From: Verrucomicrobiales bacterium
GTDB taxonomy: Bacteria; Verrucomicrobiota; Verrucomicrobiia; Verrucomicrobiales; DEV007
DNA length: 40,000 bases
Direction of reading: 5' to 3'
Assembly: GCA_029213065.1 (NCBI GenBank)
Contig: JARGPH010000014.1
Coordinates: 89,965 to 129,964, forward strand
The translations under genes and the position numbers were made by a program. The notes beneath the pieces are model-generated. The model saw nothing but the letters and a program-made list of their open reading frames with translations. It made no database searches and had not been told where the DNA came from. Shown in pieces: positions 1-9,233 of the stretch (position 1 is the stretch's first letter; the number at the start of each line of letters is the position of its first letter).

Positions 1-776
1 TGCCGGCGCGGAAGGCCGCGTGCGAGAGCGGTTTGATCTAACATTGTCCGAATTTTCGCGACGAATCCGGTCGTGATCTCACGGCGTTTCCCGAGAGGAA
101 GGTCGGCTTTGAATCTCACCCAGTGGCGGAGGAAGTCGAGTTCGAGCCCGGCGATGTCGTAGTTGGCGCAGGCTTCTTCGATCAGCGAAAAGGTGTGGTT
201 CCTCACCTCGGGGATGGCCCAGTCAAAGACAGCGTCGTCCCAGTTGTTCGGATCGGGACCGATCCGGAATGCCTCGTAGTTTTCCCAGTAGTGCCGTGAC
301 ATGTGGACCGTAGGCTTGCCGGCTTTAAGTGCTTTTGCGAGATCGCGGGTGTGGTGGCCATCATTGAGTCGGAAACTGAGAAACGGTTTAACCCGAAGTT
401 CGGAGCATGTTTCCACCAGCGTTTTCAGCATGTCGCCGCCATCGAGCAAGTACTGTCCAATGTGGGGAACTCCTTTGACGCCGTGCGTTTCCCTGAGCCA
501 TCGATAGTGTTCGGTGGGTGAATAGATATGAGACTTCCACCAGGGCATCCAACCCAGGCCCGGTTGCAGGAAATGAGCGTCGGCTTCCGCGGCTTCTCTG
601 ATCGATGCGGCGAGAAGCTCATCGGTGAACGATTCCTGAGCCCTTATTTCGGGGCGGAGGCAGGAGAAAATGTGAGTGGTATCGTTACTGTAGATCGTCT
701 CAATAGCCGCCCCGGCTTCCGCGGCGGCAGGGGACGCGAGAGATACGGATCCCAACAGCGGAATCGACTGGAGCAT
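1..776 (-). CDS. secreted TIM-barrel glycoside-hydrolase-like protein, N-terminal part only (gene continues past window start)
   Basis: Absent from the ORF track because it is open at position 1. I checked by hand that the reverse-strand frame from the ATG (revcomp of 774-776) is stop-free to the window edge. The translation starts MLQSIPLLGSVSLASPAAAEA (signal-peptide-like) and continues ...GLGWMPWWKSHIYSPTEHYRWL...YDIAGLELDFLRHWVRF... The LELDFLRH block resembles GH-like TIM-barrel families. It lies 11 nt downstream of the 993-aa gene on the same strand. The functional call is weak. Confidence 0.55.
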   Translation of the reverse strand, partial: MLQSIPLLGSVSLASPAAAEAGAAIETIYSNDTTHIFSCLRPEIRAQESFTDELLAASIREAAEADAHFLQPGLGWMPWWKSHIYSPTEHYRWLRETHGVKGVPHIGQYLLDGGDMLKTLVETCSELRVKPFLSFRLNDGHHTRDLAKALKAGKPTVHMSRHYWENYEAFRIGPDPNNWDDAVFDWAIPEVRNHTFSLIEEACANYDIAGLELDFLRHWVRFKADLPLGKRREITTGFVAKIRTMLDQTALARGLPRR

Positions 777-787
777 TCTGCGACGCC

Positions 788-3769
788 TCATTTGCTGAGA
801 GGTTTTGTTGTTTGGAGGTAGAGAAAAAGGTCTCGCACATCTTCTTTTCTCATTGCATCGAGAAGCCCGGGTGGCATCAAGGAAACCCCGGAAACTTCCC
901 GTGATCTGATCTCCGAGGTATCGATCCGGTCCACTTGTCCGACCTGCCGAAAAGTGAGCACCTTTCCGTTTTCCTCAACCACGTTACCCAATAAGGTTCG
1001 GCCGTCATTGAGAGTAAGGGTTACGAGCCGATAGTCGGGGGAAACATCTTCGGATGGAAAGAGCGTGTTGATGAGGAAGTAGTCGAGGTCGGCACGTCCC
1101 GAGCCGGTCAGGTCGGGACCGATCACGCCGCCCTCCCCGTAAAGTTGGTGGCAGGCAGCACAGCTGCGTCGAAAAACCTCGCGACCATCTTCTGCGCTCC
1201 CTCTGGCGAGATAGCCTTTTGAGAGACGTTTCTTCCAGGTCGCGATCTGCGCCGCTTTTTGAGAGGCGTCCTTTTCATTGATCCCGAGAAATTCCGAGAA
1301 GGCCTTCCTTCGCGAGGTTGTCATTAATACTTGACGGGCAACATAAGTCGGGATTCGCTCTTTCGCGACTTCACCGGAGAGCACTGCTTCAACAAGAGCG
1401 TCTGCAAAATTTTTGCGGGAAGCGAGGGTTTCGAGGATCGCGGTGTTTCTTTTATTCTCTGAATCCGACAGGAGCGAGAGAAGCCGGGGCGCTGAATCGT
1501 CTCCTGCAAAAACGGTTTCTGCACGAATCGCATCGAGGGTCAGTTCGGGAAATTGGATCAGTTCGGGAAGCCGCTTCGCAATCGCGGGGGATTCCGCGGA
1601 AACGAGCATACGAAAATATTTGAGCCGTTCATTTGCGGTTGTTGATTCGGCCAGTATCCGTTCCGCTATTTCCTCTTCGCCCCGTGGATCACCGAAGCGG
1701 AGTGCGAGCTGAAACGCCTGTGTGAGGATAGCGGGATTCTTCCGGCTTTTGAGATGGGTGAAAAGATCACTCCAGCTCTGAGGTGTTTCTGAGCGGACGG
1801 GGAGAGCCTCGAGCAGGCCTCTCAGGATGGACTGGAGCGGTTGCTCTTCCACCGGATCATTTAAAAGTGCGGTGACGACTGCCGGGAGCGCGTCAGCTTC
1901 GATGACCCGTCTTGTGATTGATTCGCTGAGCCACGCATGTCCCGGCGCGACTGCCACCTTCATGGCCCGAGCGGGATTTGATTCGACGAGAGGCTCGAAT
2001 CCATACCAGCGCATCAGCGAAAAGTTTCGATCTTTGTCATCGATCCTGATGCGGGAGAGTGCTTCCGCCGCGTTCCAGCGATGTTCGACCGGGATACGTT
2101 GGAGCAGGGCCGAGATTCGATAGAGAACCGCAGGGTCTGACTCGACTGCGATCATGTCCTCCAGCCACTGGACCCGATCAGGTCCCGGGATTGATTCGGT
2201 AAATGTCAGGGTTAAAAGATGCACACGGACCGGTGCGCGTGTTTCGGCGTTGCCGGATGCGAAGGTTGATTGATAAACGGAGTCGATCCATTTTCCGTCC
2301 GGTAAGAGGGCATGGAGCCCCTGTATCGCGCTGATGGCGTCGGGAACGGAGGCTGTTTTCGCTTTCCCTATGAGAAGCTGTTGCCAATCTTCGTCGATAG
2401 TGAATTGCGATTCGGGGGCGAGTGCGGCCCGTTCGTGCAGATTGCGCAGAGCATGTCGACGCCACCAGACATTCTCGTGGAACAACAGCTCAATGAGCGA
2501 TTCGGTGCTCATTGAGGCGACGTCGAAAGGCTCCTTTTCGGCGCGTTCCCCGTGCCAGACTTCGTAAAGCCTCCCGCTGCTGCGATGAATCCCGTCGCGG
2601 TCGTGACACTCGCCCAGATCAGTCCACTCCGCCGTCATCATTTCCCCGTAAGGGCCCTGACAAAGATCTACAGTTCTGAACCAGGGGCTGCTGCTCCGGA
2701 GAAAATCATCGCCATGACTTGCGTTCCATCCGGACGCTTTCCGGCTGAGGTGGTCCATGTTGATGCGCTGACCGAGGACATTTCCAAAAAATGCCTTTCC
2801 CCGGTATTGGGATGGCCACGAATCGGCCTGGTAGATCATGAGGCCGCAATGGGAGTGTCCTCCACCCGCTTCGTCATTTCCCCCGAAGTCCTTCCGTCCG
2901 GTCTCTCCGCCGGCCCAATGCCGGTGATCGGAAGTGGGCTCCATGAGGGCATAGCTCGATGAGTCGGGGCTCTTCCAGGACCCGCGCGGGTATCTCGCTC
3001 CGGGAACGAGATGCCAGAAATGATCAATCACGCTGGTGTGAATGAATCCTTCACCTTCTTCATTCCAGTCGAGGCCCCACGGGTTTACGGTTCCCTCGGA
3101 CCAGACTTCGAACGCTTTCTTCACGGGGTGATAGCGCCATATCGAGCAGCTCAGCGGAGTGCGTTCGTCGTCGGGCGTGCCCGGCTTTCCGACATTCGAC
3201 GGCGCCTTGATTCCGTGTCGACCGTAGAGCCATCCATCGGGTCCCCATTTTAAGCCATTGAAAAAATTATGTTCCGCCTCGGTGCTCCATCCATCGAGCA
3301 CAGCCGTCGGCGCGGCGTCGGGAATGTCGTCACGGTCGGCATCGGGAATAAAAAGCAGTTCCGGCGCATCGCAGAGCCAGACCCCGCCGTGACCGATTTG
3401 GAAGCCGCTTGTATGGTTTCCTTTGTCCCAGAACACTTTGCGCTTGTCGAACTGACCGTCGTTGTCAGTGTCTTCGAAAATGAGAAGGCGATCCTTTCCG
3501 GTGCGTTTCCATTCAATGTAGGAAAAGCTTTCGAGGACCCAGAGGCGGCCTTTGTCATCGTATTCGATCGCAATGGGCTGAGCCACATCCGGCTCGCCGG
3601 CGAAAAGGGAGATGTGAAACCCTTCGGGGACGGTGATTTTTTCCAGCGACTCAAGGGGTGAGGGCGGAGTCTCACCGGGAGCCTGAGTATCGACGATGCC
3701 CTCGGGCAGTTGCGCGAAAGACTGTGTGGCGAGGAGCGCGATGAGGAGGTGGTAAGATGAGCATCTCAT
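788..3769 (-). CDS. PVC-type membrane-bound-dehydrogenase domain / HEAT-like repeat / C-terminal mono-heme cytochrome c fusion protein
   Basis: 993-aa ORF with signal peptide MRCSSYHLLIALLATQSFAQ. The N-domain is beta-propeller sugar-dehydrogenase-like (DVAQPIAIEYDDKGRLWVLESF, DTDNDGQFD). A long helical-repeat middle follows, then a single CxxCH (CAACHQLYGEGGVIGPDLTGS) near the C-terminus. This architecture matches the Pirellula/Verrucomicrobium-type heme-binding dehydrogenase family. Confidence 0.85.
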   Translation of the reverse strand: MRCSSYHLLIALLATQSFAQLPEGIVDTQAPGETPPSPLESLEKITVPEGFHISLFAGEPDVAQPIAIEYDDKGRLWVLESFSYIEWKRTGKDRLLIFEDTDNDGQFDKRKVFWDKGNHTSGFQIGHGGVWLCDAPELLFIPDADRDDIPDAAPTAVLDGWSTEAEHNFFNGLKWGPDGWLYGRHGIKAPSNVGKPGTPDDERTPLSCSIWRYHPVKKAFEVWSEGTVNPWGLDWNEEGEGFIHTSVIDHFWHLVPGARYPRGSWKSPDSSSYALMEPTSDHRHWAGGETGRKDFGGNDEAGGGHSHCGLMIYQADSWPSQYRGKAFFGNVLGQRINMDHLSRKASGWNASHGDDFLRSSSPWFRTVDLCQGPYGEMMTAEWTDLGECHDRDGIHRSSGRLYEVWHGERAEKEPFDVASMSTESLIELLFHENVWWRRHALRNLHERAALAPESQFTIDEDWQQLLIGKAKTASVPDAISAIQGLHALLPDGKWIDSVYQSTFASGNAETRAPVRVHLLTLTFTESIPGPDRVQWLEDMIAVESDPAVLYRISALLQRIPVEHRWNAAEALSRIRIDDKDRNFSLMRWYGFEPLVESNPARAMKVAVAPGHAWLSESITRRVIEADALPAVVTALLNDPVEEQPLQSILRGLLEALPVRSETPQSWSDLFTHLKSRKNPAILTQAFQLALRFGDPRGEEEIAERILAESTTANERLKYFRMLVSAESPAIAKRLPELIQFPELTLDAIRAETVFAGDDSAPRLLSLLSDSENKRNTAILETLASRKNFADALVEAVLSGEVAKERIPTYVARQVLMTTSRRKAFSEFLGINEKDASQKAAQIATWKKRLSKGYLARGSAEDGREVFRRSCAACHQLYGEGGVIGPDLTGSGRADLDYFLINTLFPSEDVSPDYRLVTLTLNDGRTLLGNVVEENGKVLTFRQVGQVDRIDTSEIRSREVSGVSLMPPGLLDAMRKEDVRDLFLYLQTTKPLSK

Positions 3770-3822
3770 TCTCTCCTATCGTGCCCACGGCCACGCCGAT
3801 CCGCCAATGGCTTATTGGCGTC

Positions 3823-3853
3823 TTTCTGTGGGTTTTTCTGTGGGTTTTTCTGG
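3823..3853. repeat. 12-nt tandem direct repeat TTTCTGTGGGTT x2.6
   Basis: Read directly: units at 3823-3834 and 3835-3846, plus a partial unit at 3847-3853. It lies 54-84 nt upstream of the 993-aa gene ATG (minus strand) and 13 nt past the porin stop. Confidence 0.8.
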
Positions 3854-3865
3854 CGGGAGAGCCTG

Positions 3866-5113
3866 TTAAAAGGTCACTCCAAACCATGCGCCAATGACCG
3901 TGGCATTGTCGAGGTTGCCGTTCGTTCCACCGCCTGGATTGATGATATATTGAATCGCCGGTTGAATGTAGGATGCGGGAGTGAGTTGGATACGGTGTCC
4001 AAGTTCGAGGACAACCTCTGAAGAGACTGGTCCCATAGTGACAAACTGGCCATAGGTATCGCTGATCTGTCCATAGGTGGCGAAGGCCACGGTGTGATCA
4101 TCATCACGGCCGGGAATCAGACCTTTCCAGTTGGCGCCGGCGTTGATTTGAAGTGGAATCTTGGCCTTTTCGTCCTCGGCATTGTAGGAAGCGAAAGCGA
4201 AGAGCTTCAGGTCGTCGATCACTTCCACCTCGGCGCGCCCGTAGAAGGCCAGCATGCTGGAGCTTCGGCCGCCATTGAAGGTGTCGAATTCATAGAAGGA
4301 ACCGGCCAGACCTGTATAGAAGCGGGCGGGACGGCCAAACACTTCCGGGGTCCAGTCATACTGGGCCATCACGGTGACCCCGTCGCCGGTGTTGATGCTC
4401 CAGTCGGTTCCCTTCAGGTGAGTGCCAAAGGGATTGTTGTTAATTTGGTAGGCACCGAGCTGGAACTGATGTTCATCGTTCGGATTGTACTTTATCCGTC
4501 CACCCCAGAGGGCGAGGGGGAATGAAAAGATCTGTGGGGTATCGAGCATCAAGGAGCGGATCGGTCCGTTGATTGAGGTGCTCAGGGAGTAGCGGTTCAG
4601 ACCGGTATCCGCGAAATCCTCATCCATCGATGTCCGGCCGAGTTTGATTTTCCAGTCGTTGAAAACCACTTTTTCGATCCAGGCCTGATACAACCAGGTG
4701 ACCTGTCCGGCACCGCCGCCGTTGATGGTCATGGGGTCATAAATGCCGCCGACGTCTTTGGCGATACCGAGACCTTCCCGGTCGACCATCGAAATCTTAA
4801 CGGTGGTTTCGTCCCACCCGAGTATTTTCTCGAGATCGAGATCGACACCGGCATAGGTTTGAACCGTGTAGTTTTTGGCCGTGTCTATTCCACCGTCGAC
4901 ACTTGCCGCTGCGATGGAATCAAAGTAGAGGAATGGGGAGATACCTGCGTCTTCGAGGGAGTCACGGGGGCCGAGGAGGCGATCGCGTTCATACCAGCGT
5001 AGTGATGGAGACGTGTCGTCGAATCGGACGGGAGAGTCTACAACTGCCTTTTGCGCATTTGCAGAAAAGGCGATCAAGGTGCTGACGGCCGTTGCAATAA
5101 TCGTGTTTTTCAT
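3866..5113 (-). CDS. carbohydrate-selective porin, OprB family
   Basis: 415-aa ORF with signal peptide MKNTIIATAVSTLIAFSANAQ. It shows a beta-barrel-like alternating pattern and a terminal aromatic residue (...GAWFGVTF). It sits beside sugar-uptake and catabolic genes. Confidence 0.8.
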   Translation of the reverse strand: MKNTIIATAVSTLIAFSANAQKAVVDSPVRFDDTSPSLRWYERDRLLGPRDSLEDAGISPFLYFDSIAAASVDGGIDTAKNYTVQTYAGVDLDLEKILGWDETTVKISMVDREGLGIAKDVGGIYDPMTINGGGAGQVTWLYQAWIEKVVFNDWKIKLGRTSMDEDFADTGLNRYSLSTSINGPIRSLMLDTPQIFSFPLALWGGRIKYNPNDEHQFQLGAYQINNNPFGTHLKGTDWSINTGDGVTVMAQYDWTPEVFGRPARFYTGLAGSFYEFDTFNGGRSSSMLAFYGRAEVEVIDDLKLFAFASYNAEDEKAKIPLQINAGANWKGLIPGRDDDHTVAFATYGQISDTYGQFVTMGPVSSEVVLELGHRIQLTPASYIQPAIQYIINPGGGTNGNLDNATVIGAWFGVTF

Positions 5114-5134
5114 GGGGTTTTTTCTGTTTAGTTA

Positions 5135-5145
5135 GGGGGGGGGGG
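5135..5145. repeat. homopolymeric G11 tract (C11 on the coding strand of the porin, 22-32 nt upstream of its ATG)
   Basis: Counted directly in gttaGGGGGGGGGGGatctg. The same 110-nt spacer also holds T8 (5203-5210) and G8 (5216-5223). Confidence 0.9.
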
Positions 5146-5223
5146 ATCTGATTTTCCAGAGTTTTCTCAGGCTGCTCTCCCGGAGAGACCGGTGCTGCAG
5201 TGTTTTTTTTACAGAGGGGGGGG

Positions 5224-6720
5224 CTATTCTCTTCCGAAAAGGAGGGCCTGCATTTGTCGGGCAATGTCAGGATATGTGTAGAGTTCATCGACCATTCCGG
5301 CGTATTCGGCTGCGAACGATTTGTTTTCCACGAGGTCTCCGAAGACGGCGCGGACCTTTAGAAATGCGAGTTTATCTTTGACCGTGCGGGCGGCGGCAAG
5401 GTGAAGCTCTGATTTCATGGCATCGACGATTTCGAGTTTGTGGCCGTCCTTGTCGGTGCCTTTGTCGCTGTAATAACACCAGGCCGCGAGTACCAGAGCT
5501 GCGAATTCGGTGCTGCCTTTCCGGGCAATGTTCTCCCTCACCGTGGGAATAATGAATTTCGGAATTTTGGCGGAGCTTTCCAGACAGATCCGGGCGAGTG
5601 AGTCTTTGATCGCCGGATTTCCGAAGCGCTCGATGAGCGAGGCTTTGTATTTTTCGAGATCGATACCTTCGACAGGATCAAGAACAGGGCTGGCTTCCAC
5701 ATCCATGAAACGGCGCAGGTAAGTTTCGAAAAGGGGATCGGCAATGCACTCGTTGATGGTGGTGTGTCCGTGAATGGAGCCGAGGAGGCCGAGGACGGAG
5801 TGGCCTGCGTTGAGCAAGCGCAGCTTCATCGTTTCGTAGGGGGTGACATTCTCTACGAATTGCGCTCCTACAGTTTCCCATTGAGGTCTTTCGTCGGAAA
5901 ATTTGTCTTCAATGACCCATTGGCAAAACGGTTCGCAGGTGACGGGCCACTCGTCTTTGACTCCGAAGTCTTCCTCGAGCGATTTGACGTCGAGCGGGGT
6001 TGTAACAGGGGTGATGCGGTCCACCATCGCATTGGGAAAGCCGACTTCGTCTTCGATCCAGGTGGCGAGATCGGGATCTGCCTTTTGGGTGAAGGCGAGC
6101 AGCATGTTGCGAGTCATGTCGCCATTGTGTTCGATATTGTCGCAGGACTGAATTGTGAAGGGGGGAAGGCCATCGGCGCGGCGTTTTCTGAGTGCGGCGG
6201 CGAGGAAACCGAAGACGGTCTTCGGCTGATCGGGGTGCTTCAGGTCGTGTTTGACGTCGAGGTTTTTGAAATCGAATAAACCTGTCGCGGGATCGAAATT
6301 GTAGCCTCCCTCGGTGATGGTCAGGGAGACAATTTTCGTGGTCGGCGCTGCCATGCGATCGATGACACCCTCGGGATCATTACACCCGAGCATGAAGTCG
6401 ATGATGGAGCCGATGACGCGTGTTTCAATGGAGCCATCGGGATGCTTGACGATGAGCGTGTAAAGGTAGTCCTGGGACTTTAAAACCTCTGCGATTTTTC
6501 CATCAGCCTCGCGCAGACCCACTCCGCAAATGCCCCAGGCTGTGGAACCGGATGTTTCGAGAAGCTCATCGGTGTAGTAGGCTTCGTGGGAGCGGTGAAA
6601 CCCGCCGACGCCGATGTGGATGATGCCGGCGGTGAGGCCGCTCCGGTCATAGGTCGGACGTTTTACAGAGTCCGGCAGATTGGCGAGATTCCGCTGATTG
6701 AGTTGAGTCTTAGCTTTCAT
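5224..6720 (-). CDS. long-chain mannitol dehydrogenase family oxidoreductase (mannitol 2-dehydrogenase / mannonate-type)
   Basis: 498 aa. N-terminal Rossmann segment GIIHIGVGGFHRSHEAYY. Also has the DRITP and LLNAGHS blocks typical of the MtlK/UxuB/UxaB family. Confidence 0.85.
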   Translation of the reverse strand: MKAKTQLNQRNLANLPDSVKRPTYDRSGLTAGIIHIGVGGFHRSHEAYYTDELLETSGSTAWGICGVGLREADGKIAEVLKSQDYLYTLIVKHPDGSIETRVIGSIIDFMLGCNDPEGVIDRMAAPTTKIVSLTITEGGYNFDPATGLFDFKNLDVKHDLKHPDQPKTVFGFLAAALRKRRADGLPPFTIQSCDNIEHNGDMTRNMLLAFTQKADPDLATWIEDEVGFPNAMVDRITPVTTPLDVKSLEEDFGVKDEWPVTCEPFCQWVIEDKFSDERPQWETVGAQFVENVTPYETMKLRLLNAGHSVLGLLGSIHGHTTINECIADPLFETYLRRFMDVEASPVLDPVEGIDLEKYKASLIERFGNPAIKDSLARICLESSAKIPKFIIPTVRENIARKGSTEFAALVLAAWCYYSDKGTDKDGHKLEIVDAMKSELHLAAARTVKDKLAFLKVRAVFGDLVENKSFAAEYAGMVDELYTYPDIARQMQALLFGRE

Positions 6721-6745
6721 AGCTGGCTGAAGCCTGGCGGAACGA

Positions 6746-7717
6746 TTACAGCGTTTTGCGATGCTGGAGGCTGTCGAGGGCGACGGCGATGAGAAGGACA
6801 GATCCTTTGATCACCATCTGGACAAACTGGCTGACATCGAGGAGCACGAGGCCGTTGCTGAGGACACCGAGGATGAGGACACCGGCCAGCACGTTGGTGA
6901 TTTTTCCAACGCCACCGGCGACACTGACACCGCCGAGGACGCAGGCGGTGAGGACATCGAACTCAAAGCCTTTTCCGGAAAGAACCTGACCGGAGTTTGT
7001 TCTCGAAAGAATCACTACCCCTGCGACGCCGGCGAAAAATCCGGAGAGGGTGTAGACGAGGTATTTCACGCGGGTAACGTTGATGCCGGAGAGTTTTGCC
7101 GCTTCTTCGTTTCCACCGACAGCGTAAAAGTATCTGCCGAAGAAGGTTTTCTTAAGAATGAAACCCCCGATGCCCATGACGACGAACATGATGATGACCG
7201 GGATAGGGATAGGACCGACGTAGCCTTGTCCTATCGTGGCAAAAGATTCAGGGAACCCGTAGATAGGGAGGCCCTCACAGATGAGGTAGGCAACTCCCTC
7301 GATGATGATCATCATGGCGAGAGTGACGATGATGGAGGGCATCTTGATGTTCGCGATGATCCATCCGTTGGTGAAGCCGATCGCAGCGGAAAGTAAGAGT
7401 ACCGCGATGATAGCAAGGACGGGGCTTAAGCCGGAATTTACCATGAGGGATGCCGCGACGATATTCACGAGAGTGATGACCGAGCCGATCGAAAGATCGA
7501 TGCCTCCGAGGAGCAGCACGAAGGAAAATCCAACCGCAGCAATACCCATCATGGAGACCTGGCGGGCCACGTTCAGGAGGTTCTGGCTGACAAGGAAATT
7601 TTCCGAGGCGATTGAGAAGAAGGTGAGAAGGACGAGGAGGACGATGTAGATGCCGAACTGGCGTCCGAATTCGGCGATTTTTGCGCCGCTTCCGTTTTGT
7701 GCAATTTGAGATTTCAT
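6746..7717 (-). CDS. sugar ABC transporter permease (CUT2, RbsC-like)
   Basis: 323 aa and highly hydrophobic with multiple TM segments. It lies directly downstream of a duplicated ATPase and a sugar-binding protein. Confidence 0.85.
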   Translation of the reverse strand: MKSQIAQNGSGAKIAEFGRQFGIYIVLLVLLTFFSIASENFLVSQNLLNVARQVSMMGIAAVGFSFVLLLGGIDLSIGSVITLVNIVAASLMVNSGLSPVLAIIAVLLLSAAIGFTNGWIIANIKMPSIIVTLAMMIIIEGVAYLICEGLPIYGFPESFATIGQGYVGPIPIPVIIMFVVMGIGGFILKKTFFGRYFYAVGGNEEAAKLSGINVTRVKYLVYTLSGFFAGVAGVVILSRTNSGQVLSGKGFEFDVLTACVLGGVSVAGGVGKITNVLAGVLILGVLSNGLVLLDVSQFVQMVIKGSVLLIAVALDSLQHRKTL

Positions 7718-7732
7718 TAGGGAATTTTGAGT

Positions 7733-9208
7733 TTAGTTGCGGGACGCGAATCCCATGATTGTTTCTTGATTGAAGTCTTTTCTGGAGAGCTCTCCTGTCA
7801 CTTTGCCCTCGTGGAGAACGATGATGCGGTCAGACATGCCCATCACCTCCTCCATTTCGGAGGAAATCATGAGAACCGCTTTTCCCTCCTCGACGAGCTG
7901 ATTGACGAGCGCGTAGATTTCGGATTTTGCTCCGACGTCAATGCCGCGGGTTGGTTCGTCGAAAATGACGAGGGTCGGCTCGGTTGCCAGCCACTTGGCG
8001 ATGATGACTTTCTGCTGGTTTCCGCCGCTCAGATTCTTGATCTTCTGCTCAAGATTCGGTGTTTTGATGCGGATCGCTTCCCGGTAGTGTTTGGCGACCT
8101 TGTCTTCTTCGGTCGTGTTCACAGTGAAGAAACTGGAAATCCTTTCCAGAATGGAAATGCTGATGTTGTCTTTGATGGAACGTTCCAAAAGCGCACCGTG
8201 TTTTTTGCGGTCTTCGGGGACGAGGGCAATGCCTTCAGCGATAGCTTCTTTGGGAATGCGGGGATTGATTTCCTTGCCGTGGGAAGTGATGCGCCCGGCG
8301 GTTTTCTTTTTGTATCCAAAGAGGATTTCCGCGACTTCGGTTCGGCCTGAACCGATCAGCCCGGCAAACCCGAGAACCTCACCTTTCCTGATTTCAAAAC
8401 TGACGTCATCGACGATCTCTCCGGAAATGTGTTCGACAGTGATGGCAACATCATCGGTGATGCAGTCTTTGCGCGTCGGGTAGGTTTCCTTCAGTTCCCG
8501 CCCGACCATGAGGGTGACGAGTTCGTCGAGATTCGTTTCTGCGGTTTGGAGGGTTTTCACTTTCTCCCCGTCCCGAAGGACCGTGACACGATCCGAGAGG
8601 CGGAAGATTTCATCCATTCGGTGGGAGATATAGATGATGGTGACCCCGGCGGATTTCAGTTTCTCGACCATGGCATAGAGGGCCTGAACTTCCGTCTGGG
8701 TGAGCGGCGCGGAAGGCTCGTCCATGATCAGCATCTTCGCGTTCTGGGACATCGCTTTGGCGATTTCAACAAGTTGCTGGTAGCCGACGGTAAGCTCTCC
8801 GACCAGTTTGCGGGGGTCGATATCGATATCGAATTGCTCGAAAATCTTCGCCGCCTCCCTTTCCATCGCCTTCCGGTCGATGACAACGCCCTTGCGAATG
8901 GCGCGCCCCAGAAAGATGTTTTCAGCGACGGAGAGTTCATCGACGAGATTGAACTCCTGATAGATCACTCCGACGCCGGCCAGTTCGGCGGACTTCGGAG
9001 TGAGTGAGGTATACTCCGTTCCCTGTATAACAATGGTTCCTTTATCCGGGGAAATCGCTCCGGTGCAGGTCTTGATAAGGGTGGACTTACCTGCCCCGTT
9101 TTCGCCGACGAGAGCGTGGACTTCGCCCTCGATGATCTCAAGGCTCACGTTGTCCAGGGCCACCACACCGGGATAGGTTTTGGTGATGTTTTTCAGTTCC
9201 AGAAACAT
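7733..9208 (-). CDS. sugar ABC transporter ATP-binding protein with two fused ATPase domains (CUT2, RbsA-like)
   Basis: Walker A GENGAGKST and signature LSGGNQQKV, with a second degenerate nucleotide-binding half. I trimmed the start to the ATG at 9208 (MFLELKNITKTY...). The ORF-track start at 9334 would overlap the upstream binding-protein gene by 100 nt. Confidence 0.85.
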   Translation of the reverse strand: MFLELKNITKTYPGVVALDNVSLEIIEGEVHALVGENGAGKSTLIKTCTGAISPDKGTIVIQGTEYTSLTPKSAELAGVGVIYQEFNLVDELSVAENIFLGRAIRKGVVIDRKAMEREAAKIFEQFDIDIDPRKLVGELTVGYQQLVEIAKAMSQNAKMLIMDEPSAPLTQTEVQALYAMVEKLKSAGVTIIYISHRMDEIFRLSDRVTVLRDGEKVKTLQTAETNLDELVTLMVGRELKETYPTRKDCITDDVAITVEHISGEIVDDVSFEIRKGEVLGFAGLIGSGRTEVAEILFGYKKKTAGRITSHGKEINPRIPKEAIAEGIALVPEDRKKHGALLERSIKDNISISILERISSFFTVNTTEEDKVAKHYREAIRIKTPNLEQKIKNLSGGNQQKVIIAKWLATEPTLVIFDEPTRGIDVGAKSEIYALVNQLVEEGKAVLMISSEMEEVMGMSDRIIVLHEGKVTGELSRKDFNQETIMGFASRN

Positions 9209-9233
9209 GGGGTTTTCGGGTTCGAAGGGGGGA

